IMG/VR virus record: IMGVR_UViG_3300010396_000038
Coordinates: 204-64,203 of that record
Length of the DNA: 64,000 bases
DNA from: a virus
Reading direction: 5' to 3' (one strand)
How positions within the stretch are numbered: position 1 is the first letter of the stretch; every line of letters begins with the position of its first letter. The position numbers were made by a program, and so were the translations under genes. The notes beneath the pieces were generated by a model. The model searched no databases. It was not told where the DNA came from and saw only the letters and a program-made list of their open reading frames with translations. This document shows positions 17,563 through 26,211 of this stretch, in pieces.

Positions 17563-18516
17563 TTGACCAAGCTCCTGACCAACTCGGAGATGGCGGTCTG
17601 GAGGCGCTGCCGGCGCCGCTGGTGGCTCGGGCAGTACCGCGGGCTGAGGCGCCGCAGCGAGGTCGAGTTCAACCGGCCGACCGGCATCGGGAACCGGGTG
17701 CACGACGCGCTCGCGGACTACTACGACCCGGAGCTCAGGCGCGACCCGGTCACGACGGTCAACATGACCGAGGCCCGGGACCTGGAGACCGCCCCGCAGC
17801 ACGAGGACGACATCCGCAAGGAGTGCGGCCTGGCCCGGCTGATGGTCGAGGGTTACGTCGAGTGGCTCGCCGAGACGGGCGCCGACCAGGCGCTCACGCT
17901 GGTCGAGGCCGAGAGGGCGCGCAAGGCGCCGCTCGGGGCCGACCGAGACGTGACCCTGCTGTCCAAGCTGGACGCGAAGGTGCACCACGACGAGTTCGGG
18001 CAGTTCCTGAACCTGGAGCACAAGACCGTCGGCTCGCTCAAGCAGCACCTGCCGGAGCTCCGGATCAACTCGCAGGTGCTGACCGAGCACCTCGTGGAGT
18101 TCCTGGCGCTGCTCGAGGAGGGTTACTCGCGCGACGAGGCGCAGGGCAGGGCCGGCGGCGTGCTCTTCAACCTGCTGCTGAAGTCGAAGCGGACCGCGCG
18201 GGCGAAGGGACCGTTCTACGACCGGATCCACGTCAAGCACTCGATGTCGGAGCTGAGGCACCACTGGATGCACGTGGTCGCGATCGCGGACGAGATCCGC
18301 GCGACCGAGACGGCGCTCGACGCCGGCGGCGACCCGCACTTCCTCTGCCCGCCGAGCCCGAACTCGGACTGCTCGTGGAGCTGCCCGTTCTTCAGGTTGT
18401 GCCCGAACGTGGACGACGACGCGGACCACGAGGGCCAGATCGCGGACCAGTTCGAGGTCAGGGACCCGCTCGAGAGGTACGCGGGCATACTCGACGAGGG
18501 CGACAGGGCCGCCTAG
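17563..18516 (+). CDS. PD-(D/E)XK nuclease, Cas4/RecB-like exonuclease with C-terminal 4-Cys cluster
   Basis: D..ExK (LLSKLD..NLEHKTV) and C-terminal CPPSPNSDCSWSCPFFRLC. TTGA overlap start. Confidence 0.65.
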   Translation: MTKLLTNSEMAVWRRCRRRWWLGQYRGLRRRSEVEFNRPTGIGNRVHDALADYYDPELRRDPVTTVNMTEARDLETAPQHEDDIRKECGLARLMVEGYVEWLAETGADQALTLVEAERARKAPLGADRDVTLLSKLDAKVHHDEFGQFLNLEHKTVGSLKQHLPELRINSQVLTEHLVEFLALLEEGYSRDEAQGRAGGVLFNLLLKSKRTARAKGPFYDRIHVKHSMSELRHHWMHVVAIADEIRATETALDAGGDPHFLCPPSPNSDCSWSCPFFRLCPNVDDDADHEGQIADQFEVRDPLERYAGILDEGDRAA

Positions 18517-18566
18517 GTAGGATCCTGACGGCCCCGCACGGGGCCGAGAAACAGAGGGAAAGACGC

Positions 18567-19268
18567 TTGAAGAGAAGCTCAACATATCTGATCCACGGCG
18601 AGGCGGGCGTCGGCAAGACGTACCTCCTGGGCTCGATGCCGGCCCCGGTCTGCATCCTGGACCTGGAGGGCCGGGCGAGGTACCTGCCCGCCAAGAAGGT
18701 GCAGTGGGACGTCGACGCCGAGGCCCCTCCGGAGCCCGGCGACTGGACGCACTGCATCGTCACGGCCACGACGTACGACAAGATCGAGCGCGTGTACCAG
18801 TGGCTCCAGTCGGGACAGCACCCGTTCAAGTCGTTCGGGTTCGACTCCCTGACCTTCGGCCAGAAGCGGTACATCTCGAAGATGGCCGGCACGAGCCAGC
18901 TGAAGGAGTACGACTGGGGCGAGGTCCTGCGGGTCCTGGAGACCATGATCCGCGACTGCTGCGACCTGACCCTCCAGCCGCAGAACCCGATCGAGGTGGT
19001 CGCGTTCACCGCCGGCTCCCGGGCCGAGGAGGGCCGGGTCAAGCCGCTCCTGCAGGGCCAGCTGAGGGACACCTCGGCGTACCTGTTCGACGCGGTCGGC
19101 TACCTGCACCTCGGCATGGACTCCACCGGCCAGACGACCAGGAACCTGCTGGTCCAGCCCACGTCGGGCATCGTGGCGAAGGACAACACGGGCCGCCTCG
19201 GCGGGCCGACGATCCTCAACCCGGACATGTCCGAGCTGCACCGGCTCGCCAACACCGAGCTGCCCTAG
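18567..19268 (+). CDS. Sak4-like RecA-fold ATPase (AAA_24-type)
   Basis: Walker A YLIHGEAGVGKT at the N-terminus; size about 230 aa. Sits between the exonuclease and the SSB-like gene. TTG start. Confidence 0.6.
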   Translation: MKRSSTYLIHGEAGVGKTYLLGSMPAPVCILDLEGRARYLPAKKVQWDVDAEAPPEPGDWTHCIVTATTYDKIERVYQWLQSGQHPFKSFGFDSLTFGQKRYISKMAGTSQLKEYDWGEVLRVLETMIRDCCDLTLQPQNPIEVVAFTAGSRAEEGRVKPLLQGQLRDTSAYLFDAVGYLHLGMDSTGQTTRNLLVQPTSGIVAKDNTGRLGGPTILNPDMSELHRLANTELP

Positions 19269-19307
19269 CCCAACACTCAGCCAGAGAAAAACGAACAGGA
19301 AGGAAAC

Positions 19308-19856
19308 ATGTCCGACTTCAACCTCGGAGCAGCACTTCAGAACTATCGCGCGGAGTCCGAGATCACGGTCCTCGACCGTGGCACGTACACGCTCGAGTGC
19401 ACCGCCGCGAAGGTCAAGTCGAGCCAGAAGGGCCCGACCATCACCCCCGTCTACAAGATCGCAGCCGGCCCGCTGGCCGGCAAGCGCGTCATGGCCGGCA
19501 CCATCTCCTTCTCGGAGGCCGCCATGTGGAAGACCGTCCCGATCCTCAACGGGTTCGGGTTCACCACCGAGTACCTCCAGCAGCTGGCCTCCGCGCCCGG
19601 CGCCAACCCGGTCGAGACCATCGCCAGCCAGATGAACGGCAAGGTCATCGAGGCCACCCTGTCGATCGACACCTGGCAGGGCGAGGAGCGCAACAAGCTC
19701 GACAAGGCCAAGGTCGTCGGCGGAGGCGCCGGCGCCCCGCCCGCGCCGGTCTCCGTGGCACCGGTCGCGCCCGCGGCGCCCGTCGCGCCGGCGGCACCCG
19801 CCGCCCCCGCGCAGGACGGCGCCGCACTGCCGCCCCCGCCGGCCCCGGCGTTCTAG
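19308..19856 (+). CDS. putative ssDNA-binding protein with Pro/Ala-rich C-terminal tail ending in Phe
   Basis: Strong RBS GGAAGGAAAC. Position next to the Sak4-like gene. Low-complexity tail PAAPAAPAQDGAALPPPPAPAF. Confidence 0.4.
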   Translation: MSDFNLGAALQNYRAESEITVLDRGTYTLECTAAKVKSSQKGPTITPVYKIAAGPLAGKRVMAGTISFSEAAMWKTVPILNGFGFTTEYLQQLASAPGANPVETIASQMNGKVIEATLSIDTWQGEERNKLDKAKVVGGGAGAPPAPVSVAPVAPAAPVAPAAPAAPAQDGAALPPPPAPAF

Positions 19857-19860
19857 ACGG

Positions 19861-20217
19861 ATGGGGTACCTGAACCAGCAGCTCGCCCAGCAGAGGGGGG
19901 TCTACAACGTGGACCCCCACGCCCTGCTGGGCGAGGACCGGGCGCGGTACGTCAGGGAGAACGTGCTCGCGGCGATCAAGGAGCTCACGGAGGTCCTCGA
20001 CTGCTTCGAGTGGAAGCCCTGGCACCGGGGCATCCCGGGCTACGCGATGGGGATGTCGGTGGAGCCGCGGCAGCACATAGCCGAGGAGCTAGTCGACATC
20101 ATGAAGTTCGTGTTCAACGTCGCGCTGGTGGAGGGCCTGTCGGACGAGGACCTCGAGGCGACGTTCGAGTACAAGGCCCGACGCAACGCCGAGAGGCACG
20201 AGGGCGCGAGGATGTAG
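19861..20217 (+). CDS. all-alpha NTP pyrophosphohydrolase (MazG / dimeric-dUTPase-like)
   Basis: E..E.L..CFEWKPWH motif typical of MazG/HisE-like NTP-PPases; 118 aa. Confidence 0.5.
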   Translation: MGYLNQQLAQQRGVYNVDPHALLGEDRARYVRENVLAAIKELTEVLDCFEWKPWHRGIPGYAMGMSVEPRQHIAEELVDIMKFVFNVALVEGLSDEDLEATFEYKARRNAERHEGARM

Positions 20218-20272
20218 CGGAGGCCGGCGCCTCGCGGGCGCCGGCCCGACCGCCCACACGAGACAGGAAGAT

Positions 20273-21511
20273 ATGTCAGAGATCAACTTCGTAGATTGCC
20301 AGGGCCTCGCGGGTGCGTTCACCCTCGGGACCGTACAGGCGGGGTTCAATCTCGTCCACCGCGTCTCGCTCGAGGGCGGGTTCGGGGACGAGGTCGTGGA
20401 TCGCAACCGCCACCTGCTGGGCGACGGGTGGCGCCAGGACGAGGGCACGCTGCCCGAGGAGTGGGCCAGGGGCGCCGCCGGCGTCGTGTGCGGCACGCCG
20501 CCGTGCGCCGGCTTCTCCATGATGAACACCCGGAACGAGCGCGGACCGGACAACCCGATCAACCACTGCATGGCGAAGCTCGTCGAGTACGGCGCGCTGT
20601 GCTGGGGCGCCGACGGGGAGCGGGGCGCCGAGATCATCTCCTTCGAGTCGGTCCAGGGCGCCTTCAAGAAAGGCCGCGGCCTCATGCAGGCCCTCCGGGA
20701 GCTGGCCGACGAGACCTCGGGCCAGCGGTACGACCTGCACCACGTGATGATGTCGGGCGCGAGCGTCGGCTCGGCGCAGTACCGCCCGAGGTACTACCTC
20801 GTGCTCTCGCGGGTGCCGTTCGGCATCGACGAGCCGCGGCGGGAGGACACGCCTGACGGGCGGGTCGTGACGTACTACGACGCGCTCGCGGACCTCATGG
20901 GCCTCGACCACGAGACCTGGGACGACCAGGCCTACCTCTACGGGCCGGCCAGCGAGTACGCCGCCGCCCTGCGCAGGGCCGACGGCATGGTCGACCAGCA
21001 CTTCGCGAAGGACGGCACGCTGAGCCGGGTCATCCGGGAGGCGTGCGAGCGCGGGATGCAGCCGAAGTGGTACCTGAGCCAGGCGTTCGACTGGCTGGAC
21101 TACCACCCGCCGGAGTTCGCGGGCTCGCGCGGCGTGCGGAAGGTCTCCCGGGAGGGATCGACCTACCGCGGCTTCTCGTGGCCCAGGCGCGTCCCGCCGG
21201 ACAAGAACGGCTGGGTCGTCACGGGCGGTGCGGTGCGCGAGTTCATCCACTGGTCCGAGCCGAGGCTGTTCACCATCCGCGAGCTGACCAGGATGATGGG
21301 GTACCCGGACGACTGGCGCTGGCCGGACAAGACCACCGGCAAGACCGGCGCCCTCATCGGGAAGTGCTGCCCGGTCACGTCCGGTCGCTGGCTGGCGACG
21401 TGGTTCCGGCGCTCGCTCGAGGGGTCCCCGGGCGCCCTGGGCGAGTCGATCGGCGAGCGGGAGTACCTCTACGACTACACGAGGACATTCAAGTCATGGG
21501 AGCAGTCATGA
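20273..21511 (+). CDS. DNA (cytosine-5)-methyltransferase
   Basis: Motif I FVDCQGLAGAFTLG, motif IV GTPPCAGFSMMN (PC), ENV-like FESVQG, QYRPRYYLV (QxRxR). Confidence 0.85.
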   Translation: MSEINFVDCQGLAGAFTLGTVQAGFNLVHRVSLEGGFGDEVVDRNRHLLGDGWRQDEGTLPEEWARGAAGVVCGTPPCAGFSMMNTRNERGPDNPINHCMAKLVEYGALCWGADGERGAEIISFESVQGAFKKGRGLMQALRELADETSGQRYDLHHVMMSGASVGSAQYRPRYYLVLSRVPFGIDEPRREDTPDGRVVTYYDALADLMGLDHETWDDQAYLYGPASEYAAALRRADGMVDQHFAKDGTLSRVIREACERGMQPKWYLSQAFDWLDYHPPEFAGSRGVRKVSREGSTYRGFSWPRRVPPDKNGWVVTGGAVREFIHWSEPRLFTIRELTRMMGYPDDWRWPDKTTGKTGALIGKCCPVTSGRWLATWFRRSLEGSPGALGESIGEREYLYDYTRTFKSWEQS

Positions 21512-22281
21512 GCGACCTCCGAATCGGGGACCACGTCTACCACGAGAGGTACGGGCACGGCGTCGTGGACGGGAACGAGTACTCGAACGGCGTGAGGAAC
21601 GGCCGCGAGCAGCACGTCTTGTTCGACGGCGTGCGCCGGTCGTGCCGGCCGTCGGGCCTGCGGCTGATCGACGCCGACAGGGGGCCGAGGATCCTGGTCA
21701 TCGACATCGAGACGATGGCCAACCTGGTCTGGGCCTGGGGCACCTGGCAGCAGAACATCGCGCCGAACCAGATCGTGGAGCCCAAGCGCACGATCTGCTT
21801 CGCGGCCAAGTGGGCCGGCGAGGACGGGGTCGAGTTCTACTCGGAGTTCCACGACGGCCGAGCGGACATGATCGAGGCGGCCTGGGGCCTGATCGACGAG
21901 GCGGACGCCATCGTCGGGTACAACTCCAAGCGGTTCGACATCAAGCACCTGGGCACGGAGTTCCTGCTGGCGGGCTACAGGCCGCCGAGCCACTTCCAGC
22001 ACATCGACCTGTACCAGATCGCCAAGCGGGAGTTTGCGTTCTCCTCCAACAAGCTGGGGTCGGTCGCCGAGCGGCTGGAGCTCGGGGAGAAGATGGAGCA
22101 CGAGGGCATGAGCCTCTGGACGAAGTGCGAGGGCGGCGACGCCGAGGCCTGGGACCGCATGCGGGCGTACAACGTCCAGGACGTGCTCCTGACCGAGCAG
22201 CTGTTCGACGAGCTCCGGCCCTGGATCCCGCTGCGCGGCACCCAGTCCCAGAAGCGCCTGCGCGAGGTGCTGGGGACGTGA
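21508..22281 (+). CDS. DEDDy 3'-5' exonuclease with small N-terminal beta domain
   Basis: LVIDIETMA, YNSKRFD and YNVQD motifs. ATGA overlap start. Confidence 0.7.
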   Translation: MSDLRIGDHVYHERYGHGVVDGNEYSNGVRNGREQHVLFDGVRRSCRPSGLRLIDADRGPRILVIDIETMANLVWAWGTWQQNIAPNQIVEPKRTICFAAKWAGEDGVEFYSEFHDGRADMIEAAWGLIDEADAIVGYNSKRFDIKHLGTEFLLAGYRPPSHFQHIDLYQIAKREFAFSSNKLGSVAERLELGEKMEHEGMSLWTKCEGGDAEAWDRMRAYNVQDVLLTEQLFDELRPWIPLRGTQSQKRLREVLGT

Positions 22282-22300
22282 CGGGAGTAGGATACCAGGC

Positions 22301-23176
22301 ATGAGCGAGTACACGATAGGCGAGGGCGCGGAGTCGTTCCTGCGCGCGAAGCGCCGGCGGCTGGCCGCGTCCTCCTATGAGTCGTACTCGGCCGTGATCG
22401 CGAAGCTGGTGCGGCACTTCGGGGCGGACACGCCCGTGTCCAGGCTCGAGCCGCCGGACGGCACCGACCTCATGGAGCAGTTCATGGAGGACCACTGGGG
22501 CGAGACCCCGTACGCCTTCAACCGGAACATGAGCGTGGTCCGCGGCCTCATGGAGCACCTGATCCAGCGGGAGCGGCTGCACCGCGACCCGACCAAGCCC
22601 ATCGAGCGGGCGCGGCCCGAGCGGCACGCCAGGACCACGTTCGACCGCGAGACGGTGGACCAGATCCTGGCCGCGGCCGAGGGCCCGCGCGACCGGATCG
22701 CGCTCAGGCTGCTGCTGGTCTACGGCCTGCGTAAGGGCGCCCTGGGCGGGATCCAGCTCGTGTGCTTCGACACCGTCAGGCGGATGGTGTCGTTCAAGAC
22801 CAAGGGCGGGCGCTACCACGCCGTCCCGATCGTCGGGGACGAGCTCTGGGCCGACCTCGCCGAGCTCGGGGGCCACCCCGGGGACTACCTGCTCCACAGG
22901 CGCGGGACGACGAAGGAGCCGATGAGCCCGCACGGCGTGCACCTCTGGTGGTACGCGAGGCTCGCGGACGCCGGCGTGGTGGAGCGGGGGACGACCTCCG
23001 GCCAGCGCATGCACAAGGCGCGGCACACCGCCGGCCAGCGGGTCCTCGACGGGACGGGCAACCTGAAGGCGGCGCAGCGGCTGCTCGGGCACGCCTCGAT
23101 CCAGACGACCGGGGACGTCTACACGGACTGGGACTCGGAGGACCTCCGAGGCACGATGGAGAGTCTCCGGGACTGA
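22301..23176 (+). CDS. int: tyrosine integrase/recombinase
   Basis: R..(K)..ARHTAGQR (HxxR) and LLGHASIQTTGDVY catalytic Tyr motif. Confidence 0.85.
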   Translation: MSEYTIGEGAESFLRAKRRRLAASSYESYSAVIAKLVRHFGADTPVSRLEPPDGTDLMEQFMEDHWGETPYAFNRNMSVVRGLMEHLIQRERLHRDPTKPIERARPERHARTTFDRETVDQILAAAEGPRDRIALRLLLVYGLRKGALGGIQLVCFDTVRRMVSFKTKGGRYHAVPIVGDELWADLAELGGHPGDYLLHRRGTTKEPMSPHGVHLWWYARLADAGVVERGTTSGQRMHKARHTAGQRVLDGTGNLKAAQRLLGHASIQTTGDVYTDWDSEDLRGTMESLRD

Positions 23177-23187
23177 GTCCCGGGGAC
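23163..23187 (+). terminator. stem-loop at the integrase stop codon (GTCTCCGGGAC tga GTCCCGGGGAC, one U-G pair)
   Basis: Inverted repeat read directly from the sequence; the loop is the TGA stop codon. Confidence 0.3.
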
Positions 23188-23199
23188 GACGGCCCCTCA

Positions 23200-23218
23200 C
23201 GTTAGCGTTGGACTAACG
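23200..23218. promoter_or_regulatory. palindromic operator-like motif CGTTAG-CGTTGGA-CTAACG (copy 1)
   Basis: 6-7-6 inverted repeat. A near-identical copy lies at 26890..26908. Sits 13 nt upstream of a TTGCGA -35-like hexamer. Confidence 0.4.
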
Positions 23219-23231
23219 CAGACCGCCGGGG

Positions 23232-23260
23232 TTGCGAGGACCGCGCCGACCCGCAACAAT
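23232..23260 (+). promoter_or_regulatory. promoter-like element TTGCGA-N17-AACAAT upstream of the amidoligase operon
   Basis: Hexamers and spacing read from the sequence. 35 nt upstream of the GTG start at 23296, which has an RBS ACGGAGG. Confidence 0.3.
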
Positions 23261-23295
23261 GCATCCGCAAGCCAATCTGAGCGAACGGAGGTCTG

Positions 23296-24453
23296 GTGCC
23301 GAGCGATACGTGGGTCTACTGGGACAGCAGGTACGACTGCCGTTCCGTCGGCCACTGGCCGAACGCCGTCTACCAGTTCCGGCGCCGGCACCCAGACGGG
23401 TCGACGGGCCCCGCGCTGGCCGGACGCCTCTGCCCGCGCTGCGACAGCGTCCGGCCCCTCGACCGCGACAACTTCTACATCCGGCCCAGCGGGCGCGCGG
23501 AGTACTGCGTCACCTGCCACACCGAGTACTACCAGGAGCGCGCCCGGAACCGGCGCGCGGCCCAGAACCCGGCGCGGCTGCAGTTCGGGGTCGAGATCGA
23601 GTACTCCTTCAAGTCCGGCCGCGTGGACCGGCCCGACCGGGGGACGCTCGCCCAGCTGCTCCGGGAGGCCGGGATCGACTGCCAGGAGCAGAACTACAAC
23701 CACCAGGTCCGGGCCGGCTGGAAGATAGTGCCGGACGCGTCGGTGACGGCGGGCGGCGAGCTCGTCTCCCCGCCGATGCGGTTCGAGGACGGGTCGTTCG
23801 AGCAGATCACCAAGGCGTGCGACGTGCTGCGCGCCGCGGGGTGCACGGCGGACTCGACGTGCGGCCTGCACGTCCACCTGGAGGTCCGCGGGTACGGCCC
23901 GCGCAAGATCAAGGACGTGTACCGGACCTGGTACAACAACCAGGAGACGATCGACCTGACGGTGGCCCGCAGCCGGCGGGACGGGCGGTGGTGCTCGCAC
24001 CTGACGCAGAGCGACATGAGCCGGGTCGAGGGCATCGACCCGACCGAGAACGCGACCAAGACCGGGCTGGCGCGGATCGACCGCTACAAGAACGTCAACG
24101 GCAACTGCTACGGCAGGCAGGGGACGCTCGAGATCCGGCTCCACCAGGGCACAGTCCTCGGGAGCAAGATCGAGCACTGGGTGCGGTTCTGCAAGTCCAC
24201 GTTCACGCTGGCCCACGAGGGGGTCACGGACGAGCAGGCCGGGCTGGGGTCGCTGCTGACGGCGTGCCGGTCCCACGGGCTGCCGGAGGAGTCGGTCGCG
24301 TTCATGCAGAGGCGGGCGCTCCAGCTGTCCACGCCCCGCGGTCGCCGGCCGGAGCCGGAGCCGGCCGGGGTGCTCAACGAGACGCAGCTTTACGTGACGC
24401 GGGCGGACGGCACCACGACGCCCATCGGTGACCTCGCGCTGGTGGGCTCATGA
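23296..24453 (+). CDS. amidoligase (Amidoligase_2 family, GS-like fold)
   Basis: Signature ..ADSTCGLHVHLEV.. plus a conserved Arg/Glu-rich core. GTG start. Confidence 0.7.
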   Translation: MPSDTWVYWDSRYDCRSVGHWPNAVYQFRRRHPDGSTGPALAGRLCPRCDSVRPLDRDNFYIRPSGRAEYCVTCHTEYYQERARNRRAAQNPARLQFGVEIEYSFKSGRVDRPDRGTLAQLLREAGIDCQEQNYNHQVRAGWKIVPDASVTAGGELVSPPMRFEDGSFEQITKACDVLRAAGCTADSTCGLHVHLEVRGYGPRKIKDVYRTWYNNQETIDLTVARSRRDGRWCSHLTQSDMSRVEGIDPTENATKTGLARIDRYKNVNGNCYGRQGTLEIRLHQGTVLGSKIEHWVRFCKSTFTLAHEGVTDEQAGLGSLLTACRSHGLPEESVAFMQRRALQLSTPRGRRPEPEPAGVLNETQLYVTRADGTTTPIGDLALVGS

Positions 24454-24701
24454 TCGAGCTCCTGTGGCCGAACGGCGAGGTGTCGTCCGGCGAGACGTGG
24501 CGGGACGTCGAGGACTCGGTGAGGTCCTCGCAGTGGTCCCCGTACAAGACGCGGGCCGAGTTCAGGCGCGAGATGCGCCGCAGGGCCCTGGTGTGGAGCG
24601 GGCAGACCGTCCGCACCGGCCGGACCTCCGAGTCCTTCATCAAGGCGCTCGGGGCAGTCAACATGTTCATGATCGTGGAGGACGGCGATGTCGCAGAGTA
24701 G
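24450..24701 (+). CDS. hypothetical small protein (83 aa) ending in ..EDGDVAE
   Basis: ATGA overlap start; sandwiched between the amidoligase and the C26 peptidase; acidic C-terminus. Confidence 0.45.
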   Translation: MIELLWPNGEVSSGETWRDVEDSVRSSQWSPYKTRAEFRREMRRRALVWSGQTVRTGRTSESFIKALGAVNMFMIVEDGDVAE

Positions 24702-25632
24702 GAAGACGAGAGAGCGTGGGCCCGAGCGGCCCCGGGTGCTCGTGCTGGAGGCCCTGGCCGGGGGCGCGGACTGCGTGCAGGCGGCCGGCGGGGCGCCGCT
24801 CGACGTGCGCCCGACGGACATCGAGCACGCGGAGGCGATGATCGAGGAGGGCGACTGGCACGGCCTGCTCCTCACGGGCGGCGGCGACGTGGACCCGCGC
24901 ATGTACGGGCAGCGCCCCAAGCCGGAGGTGTACGGCGTCTCGGAGACGCGGGACCTCATAGAGACGTACGCGCTGGAGATGGCCCGGGACAAGGGCGTGC
25001 CGGTGCTGGGCATCTGCCGGGGCAGCCAGCTGATCAACGTCGAGGCGGGCGGGGCCCTCCAGCAGCACATCGACGGCCACCGGGGCGTCGACCACGACGT
25101 GCGCGCCAAGAAGGGTTCGGTCCTGCGCAGGGCCGCCGGCAGCAGCCCGCGGGTCGTGTCCCTGCACCACCAGCAGATCTCCCGCGTGGCCCGGGGCTAC
25201 GTGGTCTCCGGCCGCGCGCCGGACGGCACGGTCGAGGCGATCGAGTCGCGCAACGGGCGCGTCCTGGGCGTGCAGTTCCACCCGGAAATGGACCCGTACG
25301 AGACGTACGCCCAGGGCATCTTCAGGTGGCTCGTGCTCGAGTCGGCGCGGCGCGCCGGGATGCCCGACCCGCCGCTGGGGACCCTCCGGCGCAAGTCGGT
25401 GGCGCCCAGCAGGTACCAGTCGGTGCGCCGCAAGCGCGCGAGCCGGCCGGTCCGGGCGCCCCGGCCGACGTTCGGGCCGGGCGTCCGGGTGTCGTGGATC
25501 TGCCCGCACTGCGGGATCAGGTTCGACAAGGAGCAGGACAAGATCGACCACGTCGAGATCCTGCACGGCCCGGACGCGCAGCTCAGGCGCGCCAGGTTCA
25601 TCGAGAGAGCGACGAAAGGATACGGACGATGA
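24688..25632 (+). CDS. class I glutamine amidotransferase-like peptidase C26 (gamma-glutamyl hydrolase, PuuD-like) fused to a C-terminal C2H2 zinc finger
   Basis: GICRGSQLINV catalytic Cys. VSLHHQQI resembles SFHHQ. HPE His. C-terminal CPHCGIRFDKEQDKIDHVEILH = C-x2-C-x12-H-x4-H. Confidence 0.7.
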   Translation: MSQSRKTRERGPERPRVLVLEALAGGADCVQAAGGAPLDVRPTDIEHAEAMIEEGDWHGLLLTGGGDVDPRMYGQRPKPEVYGVSETRDLIETYALEMARDKGVPVLGICRGSQLINVEAGGALQQHIDGHRGVDHDVRAKKGSVLRRAAGSSPRVVSLHHQQISRVARGYVVSGRAPDGTVEAIESRNGRVLGVQFHPEMDPYETYAQGIFRWLVLESARRAGMPDPPLGTLRRKSVAPSRYQSVRRKRASRPVRAPRPTFGPGVRVSWICPHCGIRFDKEQDKIDHVEILHGPDAQLRRARFIERATKGYGR

Positions 25633-25949
25633 GCAGGAAACTGCACCCGGGCACCGGGAAGGTCGCCGCGGGGAGGCCCAGGACGCGCTGCGGCCTGACG
25701 CCGTCGGACATGCTGGAGAGGTGCGACCGGATGTTCCGGAGGCGCGGCTTCACGGTCAACGAGTTCATCGCCAGGGAGCACTGGCAGCGCACCTCGGGCA
25801 GGGTCGAGGGCGCCCGCGAGCTCCTCCAGGCGCTGGTGCAGGACGGCCTGGTCGGGCGGGGCTCGCGGTGCGACGTCGGGTACTCGACCGAGGTCGAGTA
25901 CGTCGTCCTGGAGGCCGGCCGCCTGGCGGCCGAGGCGCTCCGCGCGTGA
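25629..25949 (+). CDS. hypothetical protein, possibly winged-helix DNA-binding
   Basis: ATGA overlap start; FTVNEFIAREHW..ARELLQALVQDGLV helix-rich segment. Confidence 0.3.
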   Translation: MSRKLHPGTGKVAAGRPRTRCGLTPSDMLERCDRMFRRRGFTVNEFIAREHWQRTSGRVEGARELLQALVQDGLVGRGSRCDVGYSTEVEYVVLEAGRLAAEALRA

Positions 25950-26029
25950 GGGTCTGCGGGTCGTGCGGGCACCCGAGGTCGCACCCGGCCCATTTTCTGG
26001 CGCACTACTCGAACAGGAACGGAGACGGC

Positions 26030-26200
26030 ATGAGCAGGACACTGACGGGAGCACAGGAGAGGACCCTCGACCGCGTCTGCGAGTCGGCGGCCTGCGACAG
26101 GACGCGGGTCATCGGCTGGCTGGCCGGCGGCCCGGTGCTGCGGTTCGACAACGGAGGCCTGGCGATCATCTCGCCGAACGGCCTGATCAACGACCTGTAG
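26030..26200 (+). CDS. hypothetical protein (56 aa)
   Basis: RBS GGAGACGG; high GC3. Confidence 0.4.
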   Translation: MSRTLTGAQERTLDRVCESAACDRTRVIGWLAGGPVLRFDNGGLAIISPNGLINDL

Positions 26201-26211
26201 GAGGTCAGAGC

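Noticed and set aside
17622-19268. 548-aa forward ORF spanning the exonuclease and Sak4-like genes
   Set aside because: The 5' two-thirds is off-frame to the Cas4-like gene. Only the part from TTG 18567 onward has coding character and the Walker A motif.
18567-19268. Possibility that the P-loop protein is a 5-hmU DNA kinase of a thymidine-hypermodification pathway
   Set aside because: Its size, N-terminal Walker A position and synteny with the Cas4-like exonuclease and the SSB-like gene fit a Sak4/AAA_24 recombination ATPase much better. No dedicated DNA kinase was recognised.
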